Notes: a model not told the origin generated them from the letters alone. DNA of 64,000 bases from Spirulina sp. (GCA_044070495.1 JBIPSI010000026.1:12416-76415); one strand, 5' to 3'. Counted from the stretch's first letter, positions 51,604 to 62,293 are shown. Program-made: numbers and translations.

Positions 51604-52315
51604 GGCGCACCACCAACACGCCCATCAGCCCCCCCAAAATGGGGTAATGCACCGCTTCAGCAAAGCCCGCCTGTTTCGCCAGGGCCACCTGCTCCGGCCC
51701 CGTGGGGAACCGATCTACACTGGGGCCAATGTAGGCGTATTCCTCCGTGAGGCCCATATCGCGGGCAGTGGGCACCACAATGGTCTGCAAATACCAGCGC
51801 TGAAAGCCCTCGGCCAGCATCCCCTGGGGACGGTGAAAATCCAAAATCGCCGCCTTGGCTCCGGGCTTCAGTACCCGATGCAACTCCCGCAAACCCTGGG
51901 GAATATCGGTCAAATTTCGCAGCCCGTAGCCCATGGTGGCCGCCCCAAAGGTCTGATCCTCAAAGGGTAGGGCCAAAGCATCCCCCAGCATCCAGTGAAT
52001 CTGGGCAGACAGGTAGGCCCGACTGGCCCGTTCCGCCGCCACCGCCAACTGCTCACCCGAAAAATCTACCCCGTACACCGTGCCCGTGGCCCCCACTTGG
52101 CGAGCCAACAGCAGGGCCAAATCCCCACTGCCGCAGCACACATCGAGGACGGTATCCCCCGCCTTAGCCCCGCTCCAGTTCACCGCCATGCGCTTCCAAA
52201 CCCGATGCAGGCCAAAGCTCAGCCGCTGGTTGAGGTCGTCGTAGACCGGGGCAATGCGGTTGAAAATGCCTTGAATATCGGTGGCGGTTGGGTTGGTTGA
52301 CTCGGCAAATCCCAC
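51584..52315 (-). CDS. menG: Demethylphylloquinol/demethylmenaquinone methyltransferase (UbiE family)
   Basis: [33 protein letters not shown]. Confidence 0.88.
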   Translation of the reverse strand: MGFAESTNPTATDIQGIFNRIAPVYDDLNQRLSFGLHRVWKRMAVNWSGAKAGDTVLDVCCGSGDLALLLARQVGATGTVYGVDFSGEQLAVAAERASRAYLSAQIHWMLGDALALPFEDQTFGAATMGYGLRNLTDIPQGLRELHRVLKPGAKAAILDFHRPQGMLAEGFQRWYLQTIVVPTARDMGLTEEYAYIGPSVDRFPTGPEQVALAKQAGFAEAVHYPILGGLMGVLVVRRDDDLV

Positions 52316-52445
52316 GGTTTAGGTATCGCTAGCGACAGATTTCTACTGTAGCGCCGCCCACCGCCCATCGCTAGGAACCGTTGAACTTCGTGACACAGCC
52401 TCGTCGTGACGCTGCCCTGTTGCAGGCTTGCCCTACTGATGCGCT

Positions 52446-53072
52446 TTACCGAGTCGCCCGCAAAACTTGTTCAGCCGTTAGCTGCAAGTCTGGAAATGTG
52501 AGCGAAACAATCCGTTCAGCGCCTCGGAGTTGCTGAATCTCATACTCGCCCTCCACCAGCGTACAGATAGACAGGGTGGGCTGTTTGGGTTTGCCGATGT
52601 GTCGGGTGCCGCCCAATCCGGCGTAGTCTGCAATCCAATATTCTGGGATACCCAGCGTGGCGTAGTCTTCTAGCTTGCGGGCATAGTCATTCTGCCAGTT
52701 GCTACTCACCACTTCCGCCACAAATCTAATCGAGGTGCCTAGGGTCAAGATCGACTGGTCATCCCAAAGCGGCTCCTGGCCCAGTTCACCAGAATCAACC
52801 ACGGCGATATCAGGCCGAAAAGCCGTCATCCCAGCGATAGAAGGGCGCAACAGCCCCCGCTGAAGCACAAACCACGGTAAGCCTAGGCTATCGATTTGGA
52901 CGCAAAGCTTGGTGGTGATGAAGGCCGCCACCTCTTCATGGAAGCCCGTTGGTTCCAAGTCGAACACCTCACCATCGATCAGTTCATAGCGGTTATCGCC
53001 ACCATAGCGGACAAGAAACTCGTCAACGCTAAGCGGCGTTTGTAACGTGGTCGGGTTGACTGAAATCGTCAT
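52446..53072 (-). CDS. Uma2-family endonuclease
   Basis: RYELIDGE, RPDIAV, AEVVSSNW, KLEDYATLGIPEYWIAD. Confidence 0.9.
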   Translation of the reverse strand: MTISVNPTTLQTPLSVDEFLVRYGGDNRYELIDGEVFDLEPTGFHEEVAAFITTKLCVQIDSLGLPWFVLQRGLLRPSIAGMTAFRPDIAVVDSGELGQEPLWDDQSILTLGTSIRFVAEVVSSNWQNDYARKLEDYATLGIPEYWIADYAGLGGTRHIGKPKQPTLSICTLVEGEYEIQQLRGAERIVSLTFPDLQLTAEQVLRATR

Positions 53073-53124
53073 AGGTCAAGCCCTATCGATGCCCTAAGCC
53101 TAGCAAATCACCCCTGTAGAAAGC

Positions 53125-53508
53125 CTAATTCAACGGCTCACCCACCACACAGGTCAACTCAATCACATTGCCGTCGGGATCTTGGGTAAACAACGCGGCC
53201 CGTCCAGAGGCACTGCGCTGCACCGAGCAACCCGCCTGTGCCAACGTCACCGCCGTTGCCTCCAAATCCCTCACCGCCAGGGCTAGGTGGGCATGGCGAC
53301 CCCATTTTTCCGTATGGGGAGGCCGCTGGTAGGGCTTATCCGCCACGATTAAATGAATCTGAAACTCACCAATCTGGTACCACTGCCCCGGAAACGACAG
53401 GGGCCGCTCCACTGTCTGCAAACCCAACACCCCGCCGTAGAAGGCTTCGGCCTGGGCCAGGTCGCTGACGTTGAGGGCAACATGGAGAGGGGCGTGGGGA
53501 GAAATCAT
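53125..53508 (-). CDS. VOC/glyoxalase family protein
   Basis: LHVALNVSDL, HLALAV, DPDGNVIEL. Confidence 0.9.
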   Translation of the reverse strand: MISPHAPLHVALNVSDLAQAEAFYGGVLGLQTVERPLSFPGQWYQIGEFQIHLIVADKPYQRPPHTEKWGRHAHLALAVRDLEATAVTLAQAGCSVQRSASGRAALFTQDPDGNVIELTCVVGEPLN

Positions 53509-53510
53509 AG

Positions 53511-53570
53511 GATTGGGGAAGTGGGGAGTCGGGAGTCGGGAATCGGGGTAGGGGCGGGGTGCCCCCGCCC
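53511..53570 (+). repeat. STRR-like heptamer tandem repeat plus GTAG-REP-like element
   Basis: GATTGGGGAAGTGGGGAGTCGGGAGTCGGGAATCGGG followed by GTAGGGGCGGGGTGCCCCCGCCC. Confidence 0.65.
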
Positions 53571-53787
53571 AGGAGACTACAGGATTGAGAGAACAAGGAG
53601 TCCGGGAACCCCTACCCGTAGTGACTAGAATTTAACGATATACTTTTGCCTGACTAGGTATTTCGTCGCATTCAGGTCGGCGGAGTACACTGAAATTTGA
53701 TATTGGGTTTTATCTCACCTTTATTGAACGTCCAAGTCCAAATTCACCGTTTATCCGCCGCCATCATCGCCCCTACGGCCAACCACC

Positions 53788-54870
53788 ATGCTAGACGCAC
53801 TCATTGTATTTTCCTTCATCCTAGCTGGCGCGGGAATTGGGTTTTACAGCATTGACCTGCTGCCACAGTCCATTTTGGCCCAAGTGACCAATATGGAAGG
53901 GCTGGGCACCGTAACGGCGGTGTTTGGCGGTTTGATTGGGACTGGGCTGGGCCTGGTGGTGCAAACCAGCTATCGCCGCCTGGAGCAGCAAATTAAAGAG
54001 CTTCCCCCTGACCGCTTGCTGGCCCGTGCCGTGGGTTTAGTGCTGGGGCTGCTGATTGCGAACCTGATGCTGGCTCCGTTGTTTTTGCTGCCGATTCCCT
54101 CGGAATTTGGCTTCATCAAGCCCCTAACGGCGGTGCTGGGCAGCGTGTTGTTTGCGGTCTCTGGCATGAATTTGGCCGACACCCACGGGCGTTCCCTGCT
54201 GCGGCTGGTGAGCCCCAGCACCCTAGAATCTACCCTAGTGGCCGAGGGCACCCTGAAGCCCTCCAAAACAAAGGTGCTCGACACCAGTTGCATCATCGAT
54301 GGCCGCATTGAGGGGCTGCTAGAAACGGGCTTTTTGGAAGGGCAACTCCTCGTCCCCCAATTTGTGCTGCAAGAACTGCAACAGGTGGCCGATGCCTCTA
54401 ATGACCAAAAGCGCGGTCGCGGGCGGCGCGGGCTGGATGTGCTGAACCGCATCCGCGAAGCCCACCCCAACCGGGTGCTGATTAACTCCGAAGACTACGA
54501 CGACATCCCCACCGTCGATGCCAAGCTGGTGAAGCTGGCCCAGGAACTCAATGCCGCCCTGCTCACCAACGACTACAACCTCAACAAAGTGGCCAGCTTC
54601 CAAGAGGTGCAGGTGCTCAACATCAACGACCTGGCCCAGGCCATCCGTCCCTCCTACCTCCCAGGCGACGACATTGATCTGAAAATCCTCAAGGAAGGCA
54701 AAGAACCCTCCCAGGGTGTGGGTTACCTGAACGACGGCACCATGGTCGTTGTCGAAGAAGGCCGCGATTACATCGGTGAAGAATTGGAAGTGGTGGTGAC
54801 AGGTTCCCTCCAAACCTCCGCCGGACGCATGATCTTCGCCCGTCCCAAAACCTCCATGGTTACGCCATAA
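53788..54870 (+). CDS. PIN/TRAM-domain membrane protein (YacL family)
   Basis: LDTSCIIDGRI, TNDYNLNKVA, QGVGYLNDGTMVVVE, QTSAGRMIFA. Confidence 0.93.
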   Translation: MLDALIVFSFILAGAGIGFYSIDLLPQSILAQVTNMEGLGTVTAVFGGLIGTGLGLVVQTSYRRLEQQIKELPPDRLLARAVGLVLGLLIANLMLAPLFLLPIPSEFGFIKPLTAVLGSVLFAVSGMNLADTHGRSLLRLVSPSTLESTLVAEGTLKPSKTKVLDTSCIIDGRIEGLLETGFLEGQLLVPQFVLQELQQVADASNDQKRGRGRRGLDVLNRIREAHPNRVLINSEDYDDIPTVDAKLVKLAQELNAALLTNDYNLNKVASFQEVQVLNINDLAQAIRPSYLPGDDIDLKILKEGKEPSQGVGYLNDGTMVVVEEGRDYIGEELEVVVTGSLQTSAGRMIFARPKTSMVTP

Positions 54871-54945
54871 CGCAAGACCTAGGGAAAAGGTGGGCAATGC
54901 CAACCCTACTGCTTCTGTAATAACCGTTCAAGGGATAGACATGGT

Positions 54946-55431
54946 ATGGGGTTTGAAGTCGTAGAATCTAGCGTCTTGAAAGTTTGTAAGATTCCGATTC
55001 AAGAACTGGCTGGCGTAGCTGATCACTACTATCTTTCTGAGAATTCAACCATCCATAATTCTGTGGGCTGGGGGCCAAGTGGTCTTGAACTACGAGGATT
55101 AGTCAGGATTACACCCCAGGAGATTGACCGTGTGGAAAGATTTATGTCTGTTGCCAAATACAGCATTGCTGTGAATAACTGTGAACATTTTGCCAATTAT
55201 GTTCTCTACGGGATTAATCTCTCCTCTCAACAGCATACTTGGTGGAAATGCTTAAGTGCTGAAATCATTAGTGTTCTACAACCTGTTCAGGGAATAAGGG
55301 CCAATTACAATAGCGTTATGGCTCAGCAGATTGCAGATGTGCTGAATGAAAATTTGAGACAGGCCAAGATTGATCAAGCTAATCAGCAGCGTATTGAGTT
55401 TTGGAAAAGCAGAGGAATCGAGGTTCAGTAA
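54946..55431 (+). CDS. LRAT-like (permuted NlpC/P60) protein
   Basis: DHYY, IHN and NNCEHFA motifs. Visibly AT-richer than its flanks. Confidence 0.7.
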   Translation: MGFEVVESSVLKVCKIPIQELAGVADHYYLSENSTIHNSVGWGPSGLELRGLVRITPQEIDRVERFMSVAKYSIAVNNCEHFANYVLYGINLSSQQHTWWKCLSAEIISVLQPVQGIRANYNSVMAQQIADVLNENLRQAKIDQANQQRIEFWKSRGIEVQ

Positions 55432-55449
55432 ATCTAGTTTGATTGAATT

Positions 55450-55598
55450 TATAGCGGGTTTCACTTGAATGGGGTGCACCGTGAAGATCCCCCCATCCCC
55501 CCTTATTAAGGGGGGTGGCAGGTAAATCTACTACCGATAGAATCTAGGGGGATCTGAAGCCCTAAAACTTGTACCTCACTAAACCGATAAGCGCTATA
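55450..55598. mobile_element. MITE-like element, family C copy 2
   Basis: TATAGCG...CGCTATA ends and internal CCCCCTTATTAAGGGGG. Co-linear with 26572-26721. Confidence 0.7.
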
Positions 55599-55601
55599 GG
55601 C

Positions 55602-57563
55602 TCATAGGGCAAATTCATCAAATTTCACGACGGCTGAATTGGGCACGCCGGTATCAAAGTAGTAGCTGCTGACGGTGCCGCTGGCGGTGTCGAACACGCT
55701 AAAGGCGGTCAGATCATTGCTGTCCAAATAGGGGAGCGGCTGTCCGTTTTCATCGGCCAATGGTGGGGACAGATTCGGCAGGATGGGCTGCAACCCGTTG
55801 GGATCGCCCTGGGCGATGTAGTCGTTAGGGTCAAATCCACTGAGGGCGTTATTGTTGCCTGAGTTGTCTGAACTATCGGAGTGATTTGAAGCGGTGGGGA
55901 CAGGGCGGCGGCGATTTTGCCAAAAGGCTCCGTAGGAGTTGCCCACGTTGGAGGTTTCCAGATAATGGGTGCCGTTGGGGGAAGTAAAGCGATTCCACAG
56001 ATGGGAATGGCCGTAGAGCACCAGGTTCACCCCCGCTGATTCCAGCAGGGGCACGAGATCACGGGCGATGTAGTCGTTCTCGATGGGGTATTCGTAGCGG
56101 ACGGATTTGAGGCGACCGTTGGGGTCGTAGTCATACATCGGGACGGGGGTGGTGAAGGCAGGGACGATGTTGTCTCCCAGGGTGTGGGGCGGATGGTGCA
56201 GCATCACCACTTTGTATTTGGCCTGCCGGAAGGCGTCGCTGGCCAGTTCTTTGGCAAGCCACTGGTACTGGGGACTGTCGCGGTCGATGGCTTCAAAGAT
56301 GTGCTGGCCATAGCCCCATGTTTCGGGATTATCTAGGTCAGATTGCCGTTCCTGGTAGCGCCCCCGCACCGTGGGATCCAGGCTGAAGGGCCGCCAAATT
56401 TGGGTGACGTAGAGGGTGACCAGCCGCACATCGCCCAGGGTGACGGCATAGTAGCGGCCATGGGCCTCGGTGTTGGCGTCTTGGCCCTGGGGCTGGCCAA
56501 AGATTTCCTCGTAGGTGACGGTATTGAAGGACTGGTTGACAATCCAATCCTGGCGCACCTGCGGATCCCCACTTGGATTCACGCTTTCGGCTACCGCTTT
56601 GTACCCATCCGCCGCCACCGCCCTGGGAATGGCCTGGTTGAACTGCTCCTTGAGGGGGACGGCATCGCTAAATTGGCCCATCACCTCATGGTTGCCGATG
56701 GCCGGAAACAGCGGCGCGTGCTGGATCAGTTCGCCGCCGTGGTAGGTCGTAGTTTGGCCGTTGCGTTCCAGGCTGTGGTGCGCTCGCCCTTGCAAGGCTG
56801 GGAAAAAGGCGTTGCCCTGGCGGTTGTCGAACCACTCCGAAGCCCGATCCGGCACGTTGATCAAATCCCCTGCCACCAAGACCGCATCCACTCGGCCTAG
56901 GGTTTCTGCGGCCTTCTGCAAGTTCGCTGCCACCATGGGCAGGTTTTGGTGGTCGGAGGTCAGCAATAGCTTCACTCCCTGCCCTGTCGCTGGAGTCGCC
57001 GCCAGGGTAAAGGTAGAACTCTCAATCCGTTGACCCGTAATGGTTTCGCTCACTACACGGTAGGGATAGCGCTGCCCCGGTTCTAGGCCCGTCACCGTGG
57101 CCCAGTGTCGCCAAATGGGCCGTTGTACAACCCCCGCCAAGTCCTGAAATTGGGGGTGATCTAACCGAGAATCGGCATCTTCGCGGCTGCGGCTCAGTTG
57201 AATCGTAGCGGCCTGCTGGCGATGCTGGGGATCCTCCCCTAAGGTGGTCGCATCCCCAGCGCGGCCCCATTCCACCCAGTGGTCTTGGCCCTCAAACTCG
57301 GTGAACCACACCACCTGCACCGAGTCGGCGGTGGGCCACAGCAAAAACGGATCGCTCAGTAGGGATTTGGTCATGGTAGGTGCCCCCTCCTGAAGGGCCG
57401 CTTGGGATAGCACAGCCCCTCCCCCCGAGGCCGACAGCAGTACCAGCAATCCAGTAATGAGGGCCACGATCATAGGCCGTCGCCTCGGCCAAACCGGGCG
57501 AAACACAAACCATCGCCTTAACCTGGAAGCAGGGAACCTAGGACGCATGGGGCTGGGGCGCAT
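55602..57563 (-). CDS. Exported metallophosphoesterase (purple-acid-phosphatase-like, FN3)
   Basis: TSDHQ, AGDL, GNHE and GHSH metallophosphoesterase motifs. Confidence 0.88.
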   Translation of the reverse strand: MRPSPMRPRFPASRLRRWFVFRPVWPRRRPMIVALITGLLVLLSASGGGAVLSQAALQEGAPTMTKSLLSDPFLLWPTADSVQVVWFTEFEGQDHWVEWGRAGDATTLGEDPQHRQQAATIQLSRSREDADSRLDHPQFQDLAGVVQRPIWRHWATVTGLEPGQRYPYRVVSETITGQRIESSTFTLAATPATGQGVKLLLTSDHQNLPMVAANLQKAAETLGRVDAVLVAGDLINVPDRASEWFDNRQGNAFFPALQGRAHHSLERNGQTTTYHGGELIQHAPLFPAIGNHEVMGQFSDAVPLKEQFNQAIPRAVAADGYKAVAESVNPSGDPQVRQDWIVNQSFNTVTYEEIFGQPQGQDANTEAHGRYYAVTLGDVRLVTLYVTQIWRPFSLDPTVRGRYQERQSDLDNPETWGYGQHIFEAIDRDSPQYQWLAKELASDAFRQAKYKVVMLHHPPHTLGDNIVPAFTTPVPMYDYDPNGRLKSVRYEYPIENDYIARDLVPLLESAGVNLVLYGHSHLWNRFTSPNGTHYLETSNVGNSYGAFWQNRRRPVPTASNHSDSSDNSGNNNALSGFDPNDYIAQGDPNGLQPILPNLSPPLADENGQPLPYLDSNDLTAFSVFDTASGTVSSYYFDTGVPNSAVVKFDEFAL

Positions 57564-57763
57564 AGGGCTTTGGGGATAGGATTTAGCCCTAGGGTAACGA
57601 TAAATGAAGCGCTTAGTGATCTGGAAAATATCGCCAGTGTAGAAACTGTCTGTTCACTGCAAACGATGGCGAAAAATTGTGACAGCTTGAAGGGGTATCC
57701 TGAGCGTCCCAAGCATCGGCCCATTTTTTCGGTCACGGCCCTGGCAAATCATTGGCGGCAATT

Positions 57764-58600
57764 ATGGTAAAGCCGTTTTCCCTTAAGTCTTGGCGATGGT
57801 CTGGCGGCGGCCTGTTGGTGCTGCTGTCGGTGGGCCTCCACGGTCTGTTGTTGGCCATGCCCACGCCTCAGCCATCCACCCCGCCCGAAGCCGTCATGAC
57901 CCTAGCCTCATCGAGGGAAAGCGCCAGCCCAGAGGTCAGCGCCGCCGAAACCATTGATGTGGTGCGGTTGCCACCGTCTGCCGCTGTTGCCCAACCGCCC
58001 AAATCTGAGCCGCTCACCGCCCCACGCCCCAGATCGACCTCTGCCGACCCAGTGCCGTCGGAAGCCCTGGCCACCCCGCAGCCCTTAGAACCGGAACCCT
58101 TGAAACCTGAGTCCTCAGAATCGGAACCCTCAGAACCTGATCCCTTAGAACCGGAATCCTCAGAACCGGAGCCTGCCCCCTCAGAACCAGAGCCAGAGCC
58201 GACACCCCCCGGCCTTGTTCACAACAACAAAACCGTTGAGCTATCCACCGATACCCGCGACTTTTTAACCTGGTACAACGACCAAAATTGGGACGGCTTT
58301 GACCCAGTACCGCTGCCCGCCCCCAAGGAACTCACCCAGCTAGCCGTCCCCTATGCGGGGGAGGTTTGCCTGTCCATTCCCCCAGCCCCAGGCCGTTTAG
58401 AGGTGATTGTGGGCGGTGATGGTCAGCTATCCCGTGCCCCCCGGCTGCTGGCTACCACGGGCTACGATGACCTGGATGCCGCCGCCCTCGCCCTCGCCGC
58501 TCAGCAAGACTTCAGCGAAGCCGCGAACCCTGGCCTGCCCAATCCCACGGTCTATTGGCTGCCCATTGCCGTCACCTATCAGGGGCCAGACTGCCCTTAG
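57764..58600 (+). CDS. TonB-like protein (TM anchor, Pro/Glu spacer, divergent C-terminal domain)
   Basis: SVGLHG TM motif, EPEP/EPSEP repeats, and TTGYDDLDAAAL resembling the TonB_C SSG-x-LD motif. Confidence 0.6.
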   Translation: MVKPFSLKSWRWSGGGLLVLLSVGLHGLLLAMPTPQPSTPPEAVMTLASSRESASPEVSAAETIDVVRLPPSAAVAQPPKSEPLTAPRPRSTSADPVPSEALATPQPLEPEPLKPESSESEPSEPDPLEPESSEPEPAPSEPEPEPTPPGLVHNNKTVELSTDTRDFLTWYNDQNWDGFDPVPLPAPKELTQLAVPYAGEVCLSIPPAPGRLEVIVGGDGQLSRAPRLLATTGYDDLDAAALALAAQQDFSEAANPGLPNPTVYWLPIAVTYQGPDCP

Positions 58601-58649
58601 ATCAACGGTCTCAAGATCTCAAGGAATTGATGAAATAGGTGAAAGGAGC

Positions 58650-58868
58650 CTAATCTGCCAACCGAATGCGCCCAGCCCGTACGAGATCAAACACCTGGTT
58701 AATTTGCTGACGCAGGTCAGGCGGCAACTGGGCACCGGTCAGCAGCGTGGAGGATAGCTTGAGGTGATCCCGACGCTTGAGCACCCCTTGGCGCAGGGCT
58801 TCGGCGACACACTGTTCAATATGGTGTTCGCTAGGTTGTGAAGAGTTACGGGAAGTAGATGACACCAT
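58650..58868 (-). CDS. Small hypothetical protein (72 aa)
   Basis: MVSSTSRNSS...QINQVFDLVRAGRIRLAD. Start trimmed to ATG 58868. Confidence 0.6.
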   Translation of the reverse strand: MVSSTSRNSSQPSEHHIEQCVAEALRQGVLKRRDHLKLSSTLLTGAQLPPDLRQQINQVFDLVRAGRIRLAD

Positions 58869-59231
58869 GGCGACTAAACGATCCAGGAAAGAAACAAGGC
58901 GGTCTGTAGGGGGAGGGAGAATCCTAATCGCAATGCGGATTAGGGGTATCAATTCTGTTGCGTCTGATACAATTCTTCCTTCTCCTAGGGTGCCCGACTT
59001 TACATGATGGAAACCCCTATCAAATGTGAGGATCCTGTGAAATTTCATTAAAGCGCTGTCAAGCCTGCCTCTGCGAGGGTAAGACTACGGAAAAAATGAC
59101 CGCCCCACCACCGGGAACCCTGGGCAGGAAACATCCCTTAGGTATGAATCGTCCCATGATGGGCGGGCGGGGTTGATCTCTCCGCAAGGCTCCACTACCG
59201 TCGTTGTGGAGTGTCTGGTAGGGAAAATCCG

Positions 59232-59792
59232 ATGAACGTCATGCCATCAACCCGGAAGTGGGCGGGCTTCGCCGCTGTGGTCACGGTGGCGGGGGCTATG
59301 GTGCCGACCGCCTTCGCCAACCAGCCCATGGCATCACCAGCCCAAATTCTGCTCCCCGATCAGCGTCTGTGTACCTACGTAGGGCCAGAACCTCGGCAGC
59401 GGGATCTCGGCGATCCCATCACCTACCTCTGCAACGATGGCCGAGGGCTGCGGGGCGAGGTACGCCTCGACGGCACCTACATGACGGTGGATCGGGAAGG
59501 GCGGGAAAACTTCGACCGCGACGCCATCATTGAAAGCGAGGACATTCGGTTTTTAATCGCGGAAATTGTGCTGGCCGATGGCACCCTCTGTCGCCACGCT
59601 GGAGAAGGGGCCACCCTTGCCTTCGATGGCAAGCGCCTCAACTACACCTGTGGCCGTTCGGCAGGGCTGATGGGCGACATTACCATGCAGGCGGGCGGGA
59701 TGTTTGAAGTCGAAAAGGCCACCCTCCACGGCACCGAATTGGTCTCTAGCGAAGTCGTGCCTATCCGCCGACTAGGGGCCGCCAGTCGCTAG
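59232..59792 (+). CDS. Hypothetical exported protein with an internal duplicated Cys-containing domain
   Basis: Signal peptide, and two units L.D..LC...(I/L).Y.C. Confidence 0.7.
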   Translation: MNVMPSTRKWAGFAAVVTVAGAMVPTAFANQPMASPAQILLPDQRLCTYVGPEPRQRDLGDPITYLCNDGRGLRGEVRLDGTYMTVDREGRENFDRDAIIESEDIRFLIAEIVLADGTLCRHAGEGATLAFDGKRLNYTCGRSAGLMGDITMQAGGMFEVEKATLHGTELVSSEVVPIRRLGAASR

Positions 59793-59810
59793 AGCATTGG
59801 TTCAGCATTG

Positions 59811-59884
59811 AGAGAAACCCGGTTTCTTCGTTGGTAAGCCTGCGGGATTTGGCCTTTCCAAGCGAAGAAACCGGGTTTTTGTAC
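59811..59884. repeat. Dispersed palindromic repeat, family B copy 2
   Basis: Near reverse-complement of 18179-18252. Confidence 0.8.
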
Positions 59885-60012
59885 AAAGTTGTATCTATCC
59901 GTCACCTGGGGGCCGCTAGCGGCTGGGAGGTCAGAGGGTCATCACTAAATTCCCCAACTCTATTTTTGCGCCGCTACAATGGAAAGATTGAGAATTTCTG
60001 TGAACTAACGCC

Positions 60013-61374
60013 ATGCCACTGCCTGTTGTTGCGGTTATCGGTCGCCCGAATGTGGGCAAATCTACCCTGGTGAACCGCCTGGCCGGGGGTAAAGACGCTA
60101 TTGTCCACGACGAGCCGGGGGTGACGCGAGACCGCACCTACCAGCCCGCCTTCTGGCGAGACCGCGATTATATGGTGGTGGATACAGGCGGCCTGGTGTT
60201 TGACGACGACACGGAATTTTTGCCCTACATCCGCGAGCAGGCCCAACTTGCCCTCACCGAAGCCAGTGCCGCCATCTTTGTGGTGGATGGCAAAACTGGC
60301 CCCACCGAGTCGGATCGCGAGATTGCCACCTGGCTGCGACAACAATCCGTTCCGGTGCTGCTGGCGGTGAACAAGTGCGAATCTTTGGATCATGGCGTGG
60401 TGCAGGCGGCACAATTTTGGGAACTGGGACTAGGCGAACCCTACCCCGTATCAGGCATCCACGGCAGCGGCACCGGAGAACTGCTCGATGCCCTGGTGGA
60501 GTTTCTGCCCGAAACCGTGGAAGAAGAAGCCACCGAAGAAATTAAGGTGGCCATCGTCGGACGGCCCAACGTGGGCAAATCTAGCCTGCTAAATGCCTTT
60601 GTGGGCGAGTCTCGCGCCATCGTTAGCCCCATTTCGGGCACCACCCGCGACGCCATCGACATGCAGGTGCAGCACGGCGATCAGCTCTACCGCATCATCG
60701 ACACGGCGGGTATTCGCAAAAAGAAAAGCGTGGAATACGGCCCCGAATTCTTCGGCATCAACCGCGCCTTTAAAGCCATTCGCCGCGCCGATGTGGTGCT
60801 CCTGGTGATCGATGCCCTAGATGGCGTCACCGAACAGGATCAAAAACTGGCGGGCCGCATCGAAGAGGACGGTCGCGCCTGTGTGATTGTCGTCAACAAG
60901 TGGGACGCCGTCGAAAAAGACAGCTACACCATCTACGACTTCGACCACCAAATCGCCGCCCGCCTAAATTTTCTGGACTGGGCCAAGCGCATCTACGTCA
61001 GCGCCAAGACAGGCCAACGGGTACCCAAAATTCTGGAACTGGTCAACCAAGCCGTAGAACAACACCGCCGCCGGGTCAGCACCTCCGTCGTCAACGAAGT
61101 GCTCGAAGATGCCGTGCAGTGGCACAGCCCACCCACAACCCGCCAAGGTCGCCAGGGCCGCATCTACTACGGCACCCAGGTCACCGTACGGCCCCCGTCC
61201 TTCACCCTATTTGTCAACGATCCTAAGCTGCTGAAGGACAACTACCGCCGCTACGTAGAACGCCAATTCCGCGAAAACCTCGGCTTTGAAGGCACCCCCA
61301 TCCGCATTTTCTGGCGGGGCAAAGCCATGCGCGACCTAGAACGCAACAACCCCAACCGAGCCACCAGGGTTTAG
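60013..61374 (+). CDS. der: Ribosome biogenesis GTPase Der
   Basis: Two GRPNVGKS G-domains, DTGG/DTAG, and a KH-like C-terminus. Confidence 0.98.
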   Translation: MPLPVVAVIGRPNVGKSTLVNRLAGGKDAIVHDEPGVTRDRTYQPAFWRDRDYMVVDTGGLVFDDDTEFLPYIREQAQLALTEASAAIFVVDGKTGPTESDREIATWLRQQSVPVLLAVNKCESLDHGVVQAAQFWELGLGEPYPVSGIHGSGTGELLDALVEFLPETVEEEATEEIKVAIVGRPNVGKSSLLNAFVGESRAIVSPISGTTRDAIDMQVQHGDQLYRIIDTAGIRKKKSVEYGPEFFGINRAFKAIRRADVVLLVIDALDGVTEQDQKLAGRIEEDGRACVIVVNKWDAVEKDSYTIYDFDHQIAARLNFLDWAKRIYVSAKTGQRVPKILELVNQAVEQHRRRVSTSVVNEVLEDAVQWHSPPTTRQGRQGRIYYGTQVTVRPPSFTLFVNDPKLLKDNYRRYVERQFRENLGFEGTPIRIFWRGKAMRDLERNNPNRATRV

Positions 61375-61555
61375 CAAACACAGTAAATCGCATGACAGCC
61401 CACGGAGGAGGCATCACGCCAAGGGGAAGCTAGTATGACTAGCGTTAGCCACGCCCGAAGGGCTATGGGCGAAGCAATGCACCAAGCGTATGCCTCAAGA
61501 ACCAGGCCGACTCAATCTAATTTTGACAGGTTCCCGCTTCCCGCTCCGCAATCCC

Positions 61556-61655
61556 CGTAGGATGGATGTGTGCAACGCCCTCTATACAGAAACAACCCTT
61601 TAGCAAAAAGCAATCTATGGGGTTGATAGAGGGCACTATCGCTAGTCCATCCTAC
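61556..61655. repeat. Inverted REP pair (BIME-like)
   Basis: GTAGGATGGA...GCCCTCTAT / ATAGAGGGC...TCCATCCTAC. Confidence 0.6.
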
Positions 61656-61936
61656 CCACTGTCGGTATCACGAACGGCTCACAGTGAATGACAGGGAAAC
61701 CATCTGTATAATTCCCGTGCAGGGGGCGTTTCTACGGAAAGCGTCAGTACAATAAGCTATTAGCCCTTGTTCAAAATCCGCAGTAGAACCCAAACCACAC
61801 TTTCCATATCTTGCGCGGTAAGGCGTGAGAAGAAAAAGCGACTACGCTGTAGGGACGCTGAAAGCACAACGCCCATCGAGAGAAGGACGCCAATGAAAGT
61901 GAACTTATTACCTGAGGTACTTTAGCAAGGAGAACA

Positions 61937-62293
61937 ATGATGGAACCTGTTTTTGACAGAAGTGGCCGAACTGTTGGCTGGTTGAAGGACGATGCCGTAT
62001 TCGATAAACACAGCAGACACTGTGCGTTCATCAGAAATGAAGCAGTGTTCACCTATCAAGGGCGATATTTGGGTACGCTAAGTAAAGGCTTCTTCCGTGA
62101 CAAGTCAGGTGCGGCAGTTGCCTTTGTGAAAGGCGCAACAGGGGGGCCTATTCCTCCCATTCCAGCAGAACTCCCAGTGCCTCCTGTTCCACCAGTGCCT
62201 CCTGTTCCACCAGTTCCACCAGTGCCTCCAGTTCCACCAGTGTCTTCTCTCGCTTGGTCATCTCTATCATGGGATGATTTTGTGAATAACTAA
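61937..62293 (+). CDS. 4-fold beta-flower-like small protein with a (PVP)n tail
   Basis: Repeated (F/Y)D/T-x-x-G units, SD AAGGAG, and a Pro-Val-Pro tandem repeat. Confidence 0.7.
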   Translation: MMEPVFDRSGRTVGWLKDDAVFDKHSRHCAFIRNEAVFTYQGRYLGTLSKGFFRDKSGAAVAFVKGATGGPIPPIPAELPVPPVPPVPPVPPVPPVPPVPPVSSLAWSSLSWDDFVNN

